Shown: piece by piece, positions 7,625 through 16,044 of the stretch | Numbering within the stretch: position 1 is the first letter of the stretch | Layout of the letters: every line of letters starts with the position of its first letter | Virus record (IMG/VR): IMGVR_UViG_3300025327_000500 | Length of the DNA stretch: 64,000 bases | Direction: 5' to 3' (one strand) | From: an uncultured virus (IMG/VR IMGVR_UViG_3300025327_000500) | Taxonomy: Duplodnaviria; Heunggongvirae; Uroviricota; Caudoviricetes | The notes under the pieces: model-generated | What the model was told of the DNA's origin: nothing | The model's input: the letters and a program-made list of their open reading frames with translations, nothing else | Databases searched by the model: none | Translations under genes and position numbers: made by a program

Positions 7625-10099
7625 TCAAATGCCCACTATCGGAGCTTTCTCTTCTTCTTTCTTCTCCTCTTTCTGCTGCCCTAAAAACCTAAAATCTATG
7701 TCCTTCCATGTTTTCAATGGGGCAACTGATATTCTAGCACCCGTAACTGATGTAACCCTGTCATCATGTCTGACATCTGGAAACCCATCTAAACAAGATA
7801 AAAACGGTTCATTCCATGCGCCTTTGACAATGTAGAACAATCCTCTACTCGCCTCCCCAAACCACACGTTTGCTAAAATTACTCTATCCTGATCCGGCCT
7901 CCAACCCAATTTATCGGCATCTATAGGCCATCCTGGTAGCTGTTCTTTAAGATATTTAGCAATAGCGGCGACTTGATTTTTACCGCCTGATGCTGCCTCT
8001 TGCTCAACCACAATTTTGACTGTTGGGCCATCCTGCATAGCGGTATCTCGAATAAGATTTAGCAGCCCATCCCATTCCACAAATGCCCCCACCTGATGCT
8101 CTATAACAAATCGGTTATCTTCTGTATACGACATCAACGTACCGACAGTCTCATCAGGATCGTTTAGTATCTTATCTCCCATCATCTTTTTTTCAGTTGC
8201 AGCCAAATCATAATAACGAACCCTAATTTTAGCATTTTCAGGTGGACTTTCCAATACCTTTCCATCAAACCACAATCTATCTCCTAACGATCCGCCTGGA
8301 CTTACAAATTCACCAAAGATTTCCTGTCTGCGTAAATATCCTGAATGGTATGTAGCCAACATTGTAGCCATAAATACAGGATTGAGGTTCTTTTGGTTAT
8401 CATAAATAGAACCAAAATATACATCATCAATCAGATTTCTATTGAGTTGTAGTTTTGTAAACATTTCCAAAGCATCTTGAGGAATATTCTTTTTTACAAA
8501 AAACTCATAAATCCAATGTTCTCTTCCACCAGGAGTACCAGTAATCCACGCTTGAGGGTCTTTACCCACACGCACAGCAGCCAAAGCAATCATCCAGGAT
8601 AACCCTAACAAGTCCCTGGCTGGCTCGTCATACCATAACCAATTGATGTTCGGGCCTCTTGCACTATCAGGGCTTTTCAATCCTTTAATCAACATCCATG
8701 CTTTATTCTTGAATACCAATCGGAACGGTTGCAGAGGTTGAAATGATTCTTCTTTTCTATATTGATGTTTAGGAATAACTAAATCCCAAGGTATCCATTG
8801 ACGCAATTCAGGCCACGTTGAAGTTTTTAGGTTCTCAAAATCTGGATTAAATACTGCACCAGATTCGCCTTGCTTAATCTTTATCAAAGCCTTTTGTGCC
8901 CCCGCAGCCGTCTTGCCACTATTATGATGATATAAACCACCAGCAGAATAATGTTCAAAATATGGCACAGTCAAATCATAAAATTCTCCAACACGAATAA
9001 ATTTTATGTCTACTATTGAATCAAAAAATGATGTATAATTGTAGGCATTCAACGGAGGTAGAGATGAAGAAACTTGGTAGACATCCAAGAATAAACCATG
9101 ATGAAGTAATTCGACAAATTCAAGAAATTCGGCTCGTAAAAACTGTGGCAATAAATCTAAATCTTTCTGAAAAATATGTCCAAAGCATTGCGAGAAAATA
9201 CAAAATTCAGATTGATGACCAAAGAGGTAAACATAATCAAAACCCAAGAACAATTTTTCTGGATAAAAAACTGGTTGTTCAGAGATATTTGAGTGGTGAG
9301 GGAACAAATGAGATTGGAAAAAGCCTAAATATTGATGGAGAAGTTGTTCGTAGGAGATTAAAGAAATGGAATATTCCACGAAGAGTCGGAAAAGCAATCG
9401 GGCCAAAGAATCCGCAATGGAAAGGAAATAGGAGTGCACCCATGCACTATTTTCGTAAACAGTCTTATGAAGTTGCTGCAATATGTCTAGGGCAACCCGT
9501 TCCGAAAGGATACGTAATTCATCATTTAGATGAAAACGCAAAGAATAATAATCCTGAAAATTTGATTTTATTTCCTTCCCAATCCTTACATGCCAAGTTC
9601 CATCAGAAAGTATTAAATCTCCGACTTGAAGTTGATTCAAAGGAATCCAACCAGCTAATGTTAGAAATCGGTGGTGTCCAGTTACCAAAGCCTCCGCACC
9701 CTCTAACGTTTTTACAGAATATAAACAATCTTTACCCTTCAAATAGCCAGGGGTAGATAAATATTTTCCATATAAAGTATCAACCACACCATAAGACTTT
9801 CTATCTGCTATAGGAATGTCCCCTATCATAGTTTCTGGTGCTATACATCCTCTTCCTCCCATGAACGCTGAAAGAACTGCTGTACTTTTTACAAAGGCTT
9901 CTTGCTTTTCACTTGGATTATATTCCTTGCTGTCTATCCTATGAAAATAACCTCTCTCAGAAAGAGGCCAAGTTAGATGTCTCTGCGTTCCCTCTAACAA
10001 TTCAGGGGGGATTTGCAATCCCCTACTTTTCAGTTCAGATACTAATGCCGCAAGTTTCTGCCTTCGGGCATCATAAAATCTTCCACCACCAATGCTCAT
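7625..10099 (-). CDS. terL: terminase large subunit, intein-containing
   Basis: Walker A GGRG|SGKT split by intein; Walker B WLWYDEP; GTP coupling motif; RuvC-like nuclease (YYDLA, HDDRVT). ATG 10099 overlaps the gmd stop (ATGA). Confidence 0.93.
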   Translation of the reverse strand: MSIGGGRFYDARRQKLAALVSELKSRGLQIPPELLEGTQRHLTWPLSERGYFHRIDSKEYNPSEKQEAFVKSTAVLSAFMGGRGCIAPETMIGDIPIADRKSYGVVDTLYGKYLSTPGYLKGKDCLYSVKTLEGAEALVTGHHRFLTLAGWIPLNQLQVGDLILSDGTWHVRIGKEIKSNFQDYYSLRFHLNDELRILSERVALDILQQLHKTVYENSAWVHSYFLSIADSLARLLFRLFVEYSISLISYEQLLHQYLGFFQSHLFPHHSNISEQPVFYPEKLFLGFDYVYLFGHQSEFCIFSQCFGHIFQKDLDLLPQFLRAEFLEFVELLHHGLFLDVYQVSSSLPPLNAYNYTSFFDSIVDIKFIRVGEFYDLTVPYFEHYSAGGLYHHNSGKTAAGAQKALIKIKQGESGAVFNPDFENLKTSTWPELRQWIPWDLVIPKHQYRKEESFQPLQPFRLVFKNKAWMLIKGLKSPDSARGPNINWLWYDEPARDLLGLSWMIALAAVRVGKDPQAWITGTPGGREHWIYEFFVKKNIPQDALEMFTKLQLNRNLIDDVYFGSIYDNQKNLNPVFMATMLATYHSGYLRRQEIFGEFVSPGGSLGDRLWFDGKVLESPPENAKIRVRYYDLAATEKKMMGDKILNDPDETVGTLMSYTEDNRFVIEHQVGAFVEWDGLLNLIRDTAMQDGPTVKIVVEQEAASGGKNQVAAIAKYLKEQLPGWPIDADKLGWRPDQDRVILANVWFGEASRGLFYIVKGAWNEPFLSCLDGFPDVRHDDRVTSVTGARISVAPLKTWKDIDFRFLGQQKEEKKEEEKAPIVGI
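9034..9059 (+). promoter_or_regulatory. -10 box (TATAAT) and RBS (GGAGGT) for the antisense HNH gene
   Basis: TATAAT at 9034-9039, GGAGGT at 9054-9059, ATG at 9064. Confidence 0.6.
9064..9756 (+). CDS. HNH homing endonuclease (two HTH-like repeats + HNH), antisense and nested within the intein
   Basis: HTH-like segments, GPKNPQWKG motif, VIHHLDENAKNNNPENL...HAKFH; strong RBS. Confidence 0.88.
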   Translation: MKKLGRHPRINHDEVIRQIQEIRLVKTVAINLNLSEKYVQSIARKYKIQIDDQRGKHNQNPRTIFLDKKLVVQRYLSGEGTNEIGKSLNIDGEVVRRRLKKWNIPRRVGKAIGPKNPQWKGNRSAPMHYFRKQSYEVAAICLGQPVPKGYVIHHLDENAKNNNPENLILFPSQSLHAKFHQKVLNLRLEVDSKESNQLMLEIGGVQLPKPPHPLTFLQNINNLYPSNSQG

Positions 10100-11112
10100 A
10101 ACCACCGATAAATAGAACTATAATGATCTTCAAAATATGCGTAACCCCAACCATTGTAAACGCCATAAGAGAGACGAGAAATTTCTGCATCAACCATAAT
10201 CTTTACAAGCATATCAAATTGAGTTTTAGCCTTCCAGTCTAAATCTCTATATGCTGAAAAAGTATCACATTGCAAAGAATCAACTTCGCGTGGACGCAAA
10301 AATTTATCGGAGATAGAAAAATCAATTTTCTTGCCGATATAAGTAGATGCGGCATCTAAAAATCCTTGAACCGTATGACTATCTCCAGTTCCAATTACGT
10401 AAGTATGTGATCCATCTTGCTGCAACATTTTCCACATCACCTCAACATAGTCCGGCGCAAATCCCCAATCTCTAATCGCACTCACATTACCAAGTTCTAG
10501 TTTATAAGGCATATTCAAATATGCTTTTGCAGCGGCTTTAGCAATCTTTTTAGTTACAAAATTATCCCCACGCCTAGGAGATTCGTGATTGAACATGATT
10601 CCACAAGCAATAAATTGTCCCATCTTTCGATATATCTCTGCCAAATGATGAGCAGCAACTTTAGAAACTGCATAAGGACTACGAGGAAAAAACTCATTAT
10701 GCTCATTATAAAACCTATCAAAACTTCCACCAAACATTTCAGAAGTGGATGCCTGATAGATTTTTGTGTTTCTTGGAGCACATTCTAATATATTCAACAG
10801 GCCTAATGTATTCACTCGGAATGTATAATCAGGAATATCAAAACTAGTATGGACATGAGATTGTGCGGCAAGATTATAAATTTCATCTGGAAAAGTTTCC
10901 ATTATTGTAAACTTCACAAAATTACTGTCTGTTATATCTCCCTCATGCAAGGTAATTTTATCTAGGATGTGTGCTATTCGATATAAACTTTGTTCCTGAG
11001 AGGATGATCTGCGCACAATCCCATGTACTTCATAGCCCTTAGACAACAGAAGTTCAGCTAAGTAAGAACCGTCCTGGCCTCCAATCCCCGTCACTAAAGC
11101 AATTTTATTCAT
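10096..11112 (-). CDS. gmd: GDP-mannose 4,6-dehydratase
   Basis: TGIGGQDGSYLAELLL, NLAAQSHV, QASTSEMFG, PRSPYAVSK, FNHESPRRG, RDWG. Confidence 0.95.
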   Translation of the reverse strand: MNKIALVTGIGGQDGSYLAELLLSKGYEVHGIVRRSSSQEQSLYRIAHILDKITLHEGDITDSNFVKFTIMETFPDEIYNLAAQSHVHTSFDIPDYTFRVNTLGLLNILECAPRNTKIYQASTSEMFGGSFDRFYNEHNEFFPRSPYAVSKVAAHHLAEIYRKMGQFIACGIMFNHESPRRGDNFVTKKIAKAAAKAYLNMPYKLELGNVSAIRDWGFAPDYVEVMWKMLQQDGSHTYVIGTGDSHTVQGFLDAASTYIGKKIDFSISDKFLRPREVDSLQCDTFSAYRDLDWKAKTQFDMLVKIMVDAEISRLSYGVYNGWGYAYFEDHYSSIYRWL

Positions 11113-11650
11113 CTATAATTTCATCCTCCAATGGTGCTTCTTCAAAGGTTTTTACTATCTCTTTCAAAAGCTGCTCATCTGATAGGCTGGTTAGTTTTGC
11201 TAATGCCTCTGGAATACTCCTGCTCTCTCGTTCTATCCTGATGCCTTCTACCAAAAGTCGAACGGCAGCAGGAGCAGACATTTCCTCGGCATGTTCCTCA
11301 AGATACTCTAACGCTATATCCTGCATCTTTGTACCTACTTGAGCATGACGCTCTAACATTTCTACCTTGGTTTGGATCAGAACTAAATCTACAGATTTCT
11401 GCACTCCTGCATCTAGCTCTTTAGCTCTGGCTCTCCAAGCATCTGACGAAATCCAACTCCACATCGTCTTTGCAGCCGGTTTTATGCCATAGTTAGTTTC
11501 TGGTATAGGTATTTTCTCGAATAAGACGGAGGCAATCGGTTTTCCGAGATTATACCAAATCGTAAAAACCTCATTCTTGTAATCATCCGTAAAACCGGTA
11601 TTAGTTGATCTACGAATATCCTTGTTTATTACATCGTCAAACACGTCCAC
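11105..11650 (-). CDS. probable terminase small subunit
   Basis: Helical 181-aa protein with N-terminal HTH-like W..RA segment, between HNH and terL. Confidence 0.5.
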   Translation of the reverse strand: MDVFDDVINKDIRRSTNTGFTDDYKNEVFTIWYNLGKPIASVLFEKIPIPETNYGIKPAAKTMWSWISSDAWRARAKELDAGVQKSVDLVLIQTKVEMLERHAQVGTKMQDIALEYLEEHAEEMSAPAAVRLLVEGIRIERESRSIPEALAKLTSLSDEQLLKEIVKTFEEAPLEDEIIDE

Positions 11651-11894
11651 GTAACTTATCCCTATGCCATTCTAAGATTGGCTTTGAAAACTTTGTGCCA
11701 TACTTATGTGCCCAATCGTGACAAACTGAACATACACAAACCCTGTTATCCTTCAACATCCAAGTCTTAGGCGCTAAAGACTTTGGAGTTAGCTCATGTA
11801 GAGTTACAGCGTCATACCCACATCGGATACACTTATACCCAAATTCCTCAAAGATTTCTAACTGATCTGGCTTCCAGAGGCTTTTATCAATCAT
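11637..11894 (-). CDS. small HNH endonuclease (packaging-associated type)
   Basis: CIRCG...HEL...N...CSVCHDWAH. Confidence 0.8.
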   Translation of the reverse strand: MIDKSLWKPDQLEIFEEFGYKCIRCGYDAVTLHELTPKSLAPKTWMLKDNRVCVCSVCHDWAHKYGTKFSKPILEWHRDKLRGRV

Positions 11895-12369
11895 CGCCTA
11901 ACACATCATCAAAAGCATTATAATCTGCATCTGTCAAGTGATAAGTAGTTTTGAAGATGTGAAATGCTTTTTTGTAATATTTATGACGAACAGCCCAGGC
12001 AATAAACTTATTCTTGGTTATAAATTGCTTTGCAGCAAGAGTAATTAAGTAAAGATACCACTCATTATCACCATTTTTTGTGTCAGGAAATAAGTTGTTG
12101 TTTTCCTGTAAATATTTTCTGGCTTGTTCAGGATTGTTCACCACATAGTTTATAGCATGTACTCGGAAAGTAGTAATGTGTGTATTTTCTGTAAAGTTTT
12201 CAATCTTTTCACCTGAATCTACCACCAGTTTTTTAGCTTTTACCAGAGAACCAGTTTTCATCCATGCCTCAAAACATACTCTCTGAACCTCGTAATAAAC
12301 ATTTCCAGGATAAAATCTGGTTCTACCAGATAGATTTAGTTGAAAATTTTTGGAAACTTCATCAGACAT
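11887..12369 (-). CDS. hypothetical protein
   Basis: AAGGAG RBS; first gene of the leftward operon. Confidence 0.6.
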   Translation of the reverse strand: MSDEVSKNFQLNLSGRTRFYPGNVYYEVQRVCFEAWMKTGSLVKAKKLVVDSGEKIENFTENTHITTFRVHAINYVVNNPEQARKYLQENNNLFPDTKNGDNEWYLYLITLAAKQFITKNKFIAWAVRHKYYKKAFHIFKTTYHLTDADYNAFDDVLGDD

Positions 12370-12464
12370 ATTAGATATATACTCCTTAATCTTAGTTATT
12401 TATAGCTCGCTTACGCTCGCCTTGTCCTATTACTTAATATATTATATATACTCAAAGACCTATT

Positions 12465-12497
12465 ATTATAATAATGCCTATATTACAATTCTGTCAA
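12465..12497 (-). promoter_or_regulatory. leftward sigma70-like promoter
   Basis: TTGACA at 12497-12492 with TATTAT/TATAAT 18-21 nt downstream. Confidence 0.45.
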
Positions 12498-12580
12498 GGG
12501 CAAAAAATAGAACAAAAAATTACAGTTTCGTTGCAATTTAGAACACCAGATTAGTAAACCATTAGAGCATCTAAAATCGC

Positions 12581-12608
12581 TTGACAAAATTCCAATTTCT
12601 GATACGAT
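12581..12608 (+). promoter_or_regulatory. rightward sigma70-like promoter
   Basis: TTGACA-16 nt-TACGAT with TGn extension. Confidence 0.6.
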
Positions 12609-12647
12609 AGGCATACTCAAAGACAAATAGACTAAACACAGGAGATT

Positions 12648-12902
12648 ATGTCCAACCGATTATTTTTCCGATTTTCTAATCACAACACCAAAATAACCTT
12701 GCCTGACAGGATACGAACATGCCTCGCAAAATTTAGGGAAAAATTCAAAATTATTCCTGCGGCAATCTATCTGAATGGTGTTCACGAAAACGAGATCGGT
12801 GCTAGTTTTGTAGATATTCCTGTAAAATATAAATCTACTCTGAACCTTAACGAATTAGATTTTGAATTTCCAGATGGATTTGTGCCTTCGCAATCTATCT
12901 GA
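12648..12902 (+). CDS. hypothetical protein
   Basis: AGGAG RBS, downstream of promoter. Confidence 0.6.
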   Translation: MSNRLFFRFSNHNTKITLPDRIRTCLAKFREKFKIIPAAIYLNGVHENEIGASFVDIPVKYKSTLNLNELDFEFPDGFVPSQSI

Positions 12903-12911
12903 TCTATCAAT

Positions 12912-13045
12912 TTGGGCAGGTGTCATGGGATGCACAATAGATGCCGAACCAACGAATAGGATAATAAACCCATGTAATCTTATTCGCTATGAAACCACCT
13001 TGTAACCTCGTCCTTTGTCGGCTTGGAGTAATCGAGGCTGCCCAA
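12912..13045 (+). ncRNA. candidate structured RNA, family unassigned
   Basis: Closing stem TTGGGCAG/CTGCCCAA, two internal hairpins and two possible loop pairings. Confidence 0.45.
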
Positions 13046-13059
13046 CAGGAGAATGATGT

Positions 13060-14121
13060 TTGAAAAATGTATTAGTGACGGGTGGAGCAGGTTTCATTGG
13101 TTCTAACTTCGTCCATTATATATCAGATAAATTACCGAACGTGTCTATTATTGTATTGGATTTGCTGACATACGTTGCTAATTTAGAGGCCTTAGATGCA
13201 GTAAATCACAAGTTTTATCGTGGAAACATAAAAAATAAATCTTTGGTTCGACAAATCCTCGAAGAGAATAATATAGACACAGTAGTCAATTTTGCTGCTG
13301 AAACTCACATAGACCGATCTATTTTATATCCAGAAGATTTTATAGAAACTAATATCTTTGGGACTTTTAATTTATTATTCCAATCCTTTAAGCATGGAGT
13401 ATCCAGATTTCATCACATATCTACAGACGAAGTATATGGTTCTTTGGGTATAAATGATGATCCGTGGACTGAAGATGCTCCTTATCAACCCAACACCCCC
13501 TATTCAGCTTCAAAAGCTGGTAGTGACCATCTGGTAAGAGCTTTTGGTCACACTTATGGTCTACCTTATACAATCTCTAACAGCTCCAATAATTTTGGCC
13601 CGTATCAGTTTCCAGAAAAGTTAGTGCCTATTGTCGTAGATCGGCTTTTACATTCTCGAAACATTCCTATTCATGGAGATGGATCACAAATCAGAGATTG
13701 GTTATATGTTAAAGATCATTGTTCAGCTATTCTTATGATTTTACAAAAGGGCAAGATTGGTGAATGTTACAATGTTGGCGCTTCCGATGACCATTCAGTT
13801 TTAGAAATTGTGAATACGATCTGTTATATTTTCGATATTTTATTTCCAAATAACGTTCCTCATAACAGATTTATAGAATTTATTCCTGATAGACCTGGAA
13901 ATGATAAACGATATGCTCTCAATTCTGAAAAGATAACAGACTTAGGATGGTTTACAGAACAAGCCTTAGACGAATCTATGTATAAAACTGTAAAATGGTA
14001 CGTAGATCATCAAGATTGGTTAGATCGTGCCAGAAATACCAGGGCATATAAGATTTGGCAGAAAAAGGATTATTTTGGCAAAATAAAGAAACTGATGCTT
14101 TATAATCCCATAAAAGACTAG
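13060..14121 (+). CDS. rmlB: dTDP-glucose 4,6-dehydratase
   Basis: TGGAGFIGSNF, NFAAETHIDRSI, HISTDEVYG, YSASKA, DRPGNDKRY. Confidence 0.95.
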   Translation: MKNVLVTGGAGFIGSNFVHYISDKLPNVSIIVLDLLTYVANLEALDAVNHKFYRGNIKNKSLVRQILEENNIDTVVNFAAETHIDRSILYPEDFIETNIFGTFNLLFQSFKHGVSRFHHISTDEVYGSLGINDDPWTEDAPYQPNTPYSASKAGSDHLVRAFGHTYGLPYTISNSSNNFGPYQFPEKLVPIVVDRLLHSRNIPIHGDGSQIRDWLYVKDHCSAILMILQKGKIGECYNVGASDDHSVLEIVNTICYIFDILFPNNVPHNRFIEFIPDRPGNDKRYALNSEKITDLGWFTEQALDESMYKTVKWYVDHQDWLDRARNTRAYKIWQKKDYFGKIKKLMLYNPIKD

Positions 14122-14353
14122 TTATTTTCCTTATTTCGTTTGTTTTCCTTCCTATTTTTGGTTTATTTTCTCATTACTTTATTATCCTCCTCTAACCTTA
14201 TTTTCATCTGTCTGTGGCATAATATAGAAAATAAATCTTTTGGAGGTTTCTTATGCGAAAATTTCTAACTCGATTACAAATATTTCTAACTTTACTCTTG
14301 TTTGCCTTTTCTATTGGATGGGCATTGGTTATATTTTTCACTGGACAATATAA

Positions 14354-14896
14354 ATGACAGAACCAGTAATATTTCCAGAGATTGAAATTCGTAATGCAGA
14401 GAAGTTATGGGATAACAGAGGATATTTGGTACAGCCAACACTTCCTATGCCGATTGTCCACCAGTTTATGACATATTCCACACAAAATGTAATTAGAGGT
14501 TTACATTGGCAGACAGAGCCGTTTGAAACCTGGAAGATCGTTTATCCTATAAATGGAACAATCTATGATGTAGTTGTAGATATTAGAAAAGGTTCTGAAA
14601 CATTTGGGAAATGGATGGGATACTATTTACGATTCAATTCTCCCAAGCAAATTGATTGCGTTTGTATTCCACCAGGCTTTGCTCATGGATTTCGAGTAAA
14701 CAGTCAAGACGTATTAGTAATGTACAATTATTCAAATATTTGGGTTCAAAGTTCTGTAAAAACCCTATTATGGAACGATAAAGATATTGGAATAGACTGG
14801 CATATCACAGCACCATACAACGACATTATTATATCTGAAAACGATGCAAAAGGAATGACATTAAATGAGTACAAGCAAGAACTTGACAGAGGATAA
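14354..14896 (+). CDS. rmlC: dTDP-4-dehydrorhamnose 3,5-epimerase
   Basis: DNRG, RGLHWQ, DVVVDIRKGSETFGKW, IPPGFAHGF, WND..IGIDW. Confidence 0.93.
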   Translation: MTEPVIFPEIEIRNAEKLWDNRGYLVQPTLPMPIVHQFMTYSTQNVIRGLHWQTEPFETWKIVYPINGTIYDVVVDIRKGSETFGKWMGYYLRFNSPKQIDCVCIPPGFAHGFRVNSQDVLVMYNYSNIWVQSSVKTLLWNDKDIGIDWHITAPYNDIIISENDAKGMTLNEYKQELDRG

Positions 14897-15101
14897 GTTA
14901 GAAGCTCTAGATGGAATTGATGCTGCCATTCGAGTAAGTTTGAAATGGTTAGAAAACTCATTCAGTGACATAAGGAATTTACATGAGGATCACTCTGTTG
15001 ACGCCATAAAAAATCCATTAGTATCTGCGCTTATGGCTGTAAATAATTTGCAAACCCAAATCAACTTATGGAGTGAGCACGAACAGGCGACAAATAAATA
15101 G
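14865..15101 (+). CDS. hypothetical protein
   Basis: ORF in co-oriented cluster. Confidence 0.5.
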   Translation: MSTSKNLTEDKLEALDGIDAAIRVSLKWLENSFSDIRNLHEDHSVDAIKNPLVSALMAVNNLQTQINLWSEHEQATNK

Positions 15102-15125
15102 TATAATAAAAATAGAGGATGAAAT

Positions 15126-15350
15126 ATGTATAACTACATGCTTGTAAAATTGAGAAACCAAGATTGGAAAAGGTATAAGCTGATCGGGCCTTGTAATGAA
15201 GATGACGTATATAATGTTACACACAAGGCGAACCAAAATAAAATGTTGTCTGTGAAGATTGTAGAAGTCGATGACAACCCTACCAGAACCAAACGTGCAG
15301 TATTATTGAATATAAATCTAAGAGAAGTAGAAGAATTCAGATTTGTGTAA
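15126..15350 (+). CDS. hypothetical protein
   Basis: TATAAT and GAGG RBS upstream. Confidence 0.6.
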   Translation: MYNYMLVKLRNQDWKRYKLIGPCNEDDVYNVTHKANQNKMLSVKIVEVDDNPTRTKRAVLLNINLREVEEFRFV

Positions 15351-15362
15351 GGAGATGATCTT

Positions 15363-15530
15363 ATGCCTCTTATGTTTCCTGAGAATGAATACGATGAGTG
15401 CGGTACATATTCAGATGAAGATACTCTGATATGGTATGATACAGAAGGTTGTCAGCACGTAACTTTTTTATCAGATTATTTGTTGGAAGATTTTGAAGAT
15501 GTATATGATATTTCGGTGTTGCAAAGATGA
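15363..15530 (+). CDS. 55-aa highly acidic protein
   Basis: AAGGAG RBS; MPLMFPENEYDECGTYSDEDTLIWYDTEGCQHVTFLSDYLLEDFEDVYDISVLQR. Confidence 0.55.
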   Translation: MPLMFPENEYDECGTYSDEDTLIWYDTEGCQHVTFLSDYLLEDFEDVYDISVLQR

Positions 15531-15632
15531 AGTATGCAAGAGTTGATTGTTTCCATCTTATCAGTAATTATTTTTGTGGCGCTTCTGTTAGGCTTTATTA
15601 TATTTAGCATAAAGATTTTTGGAGAATAGAAA

Positions 15633-15725
15633 ATGAAGAAACAATTGTGGTGGGTATGCAGATTTTGTAGCCATTTGAATTGGGGAGGATCGGTGTGCAC
15701 GCATTGTAAGTATCCTCGAAGGTAA
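15633..15725 (+). CDS. 30-aa zinc-finger microprotein
   Basis: GGAG RBS; WVCRFCSHLNWGGSVCTHC. Confidence 0.55.
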   Translation: MKKQLWWVCRFCSHLNWGGSVCTHCKYPRR

Positions 15726-15728
15726 AAT

Positions 15729-15836
15729 GTGAAAATAACATGGTGTAGTTATTGTAAAGCATATAGAATATTCTACAGAATATTTGACAATTGGTATAAA
15801 TGTAAAATCTGTGGAACTAAGAAAATGATGAGTTAG
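15729..15836 (+). CDS. 35-aa zinc-ribbon microprotein
   Basis: WCSYC...YKCKICG. Confidence 0.5.
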   Translation: MKITWCSYCKAYRIFYRIFDNWYKCKICGTKKMMS

Positions 15837-16044
15837 GAGAATGATATGAAATTAAAACTTGAGGTTGGTTGGTTTCCAGGAGAACTTTTCACTCTTTTTC
15901 ATTTTGAATTGTTTGGATATTGGGGTGATAGTGATAATGAGGAGGAGTTTACGATTATTTCTATTAAAATTGCAAAGTTTGCTATTAGTCTTTATTGGTG
16001 TTTAGATTATGATAAAGAATGAAAGAATATAGGAAGGATAAAAC

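Larger units (their letters stand above)
8921..9847 (-). mobile_element. intein (309 aa) in terL Walker A
   Basis: Starts CIAPET; block B VTGHHRFLT..GW; block F/G FYDLTV...YSAGGLYHHN followed by Ser+1; removal restores GGRGSGKT. Confidence 0.92.

Noticed and set aside
9016..9063. TTG start at 9016 for the HNH ORF
   Set aside because: ATG 9064 has a GGAGGT RBS and lies downstream of the TATAAT box.
8921..9847. terL insertion as a group I/II intron or an assembly chimera
   Set aside because: The terL frame is continuous, has intein motifs at both ends, and precise removal restores the Walker A motif.
12912..13045. tRNA or tmRNA
   Set aside because: No TTCRA T-loop, cloverleaf or tag reading frame recognisable; kept only as an unassigned structured RNA.
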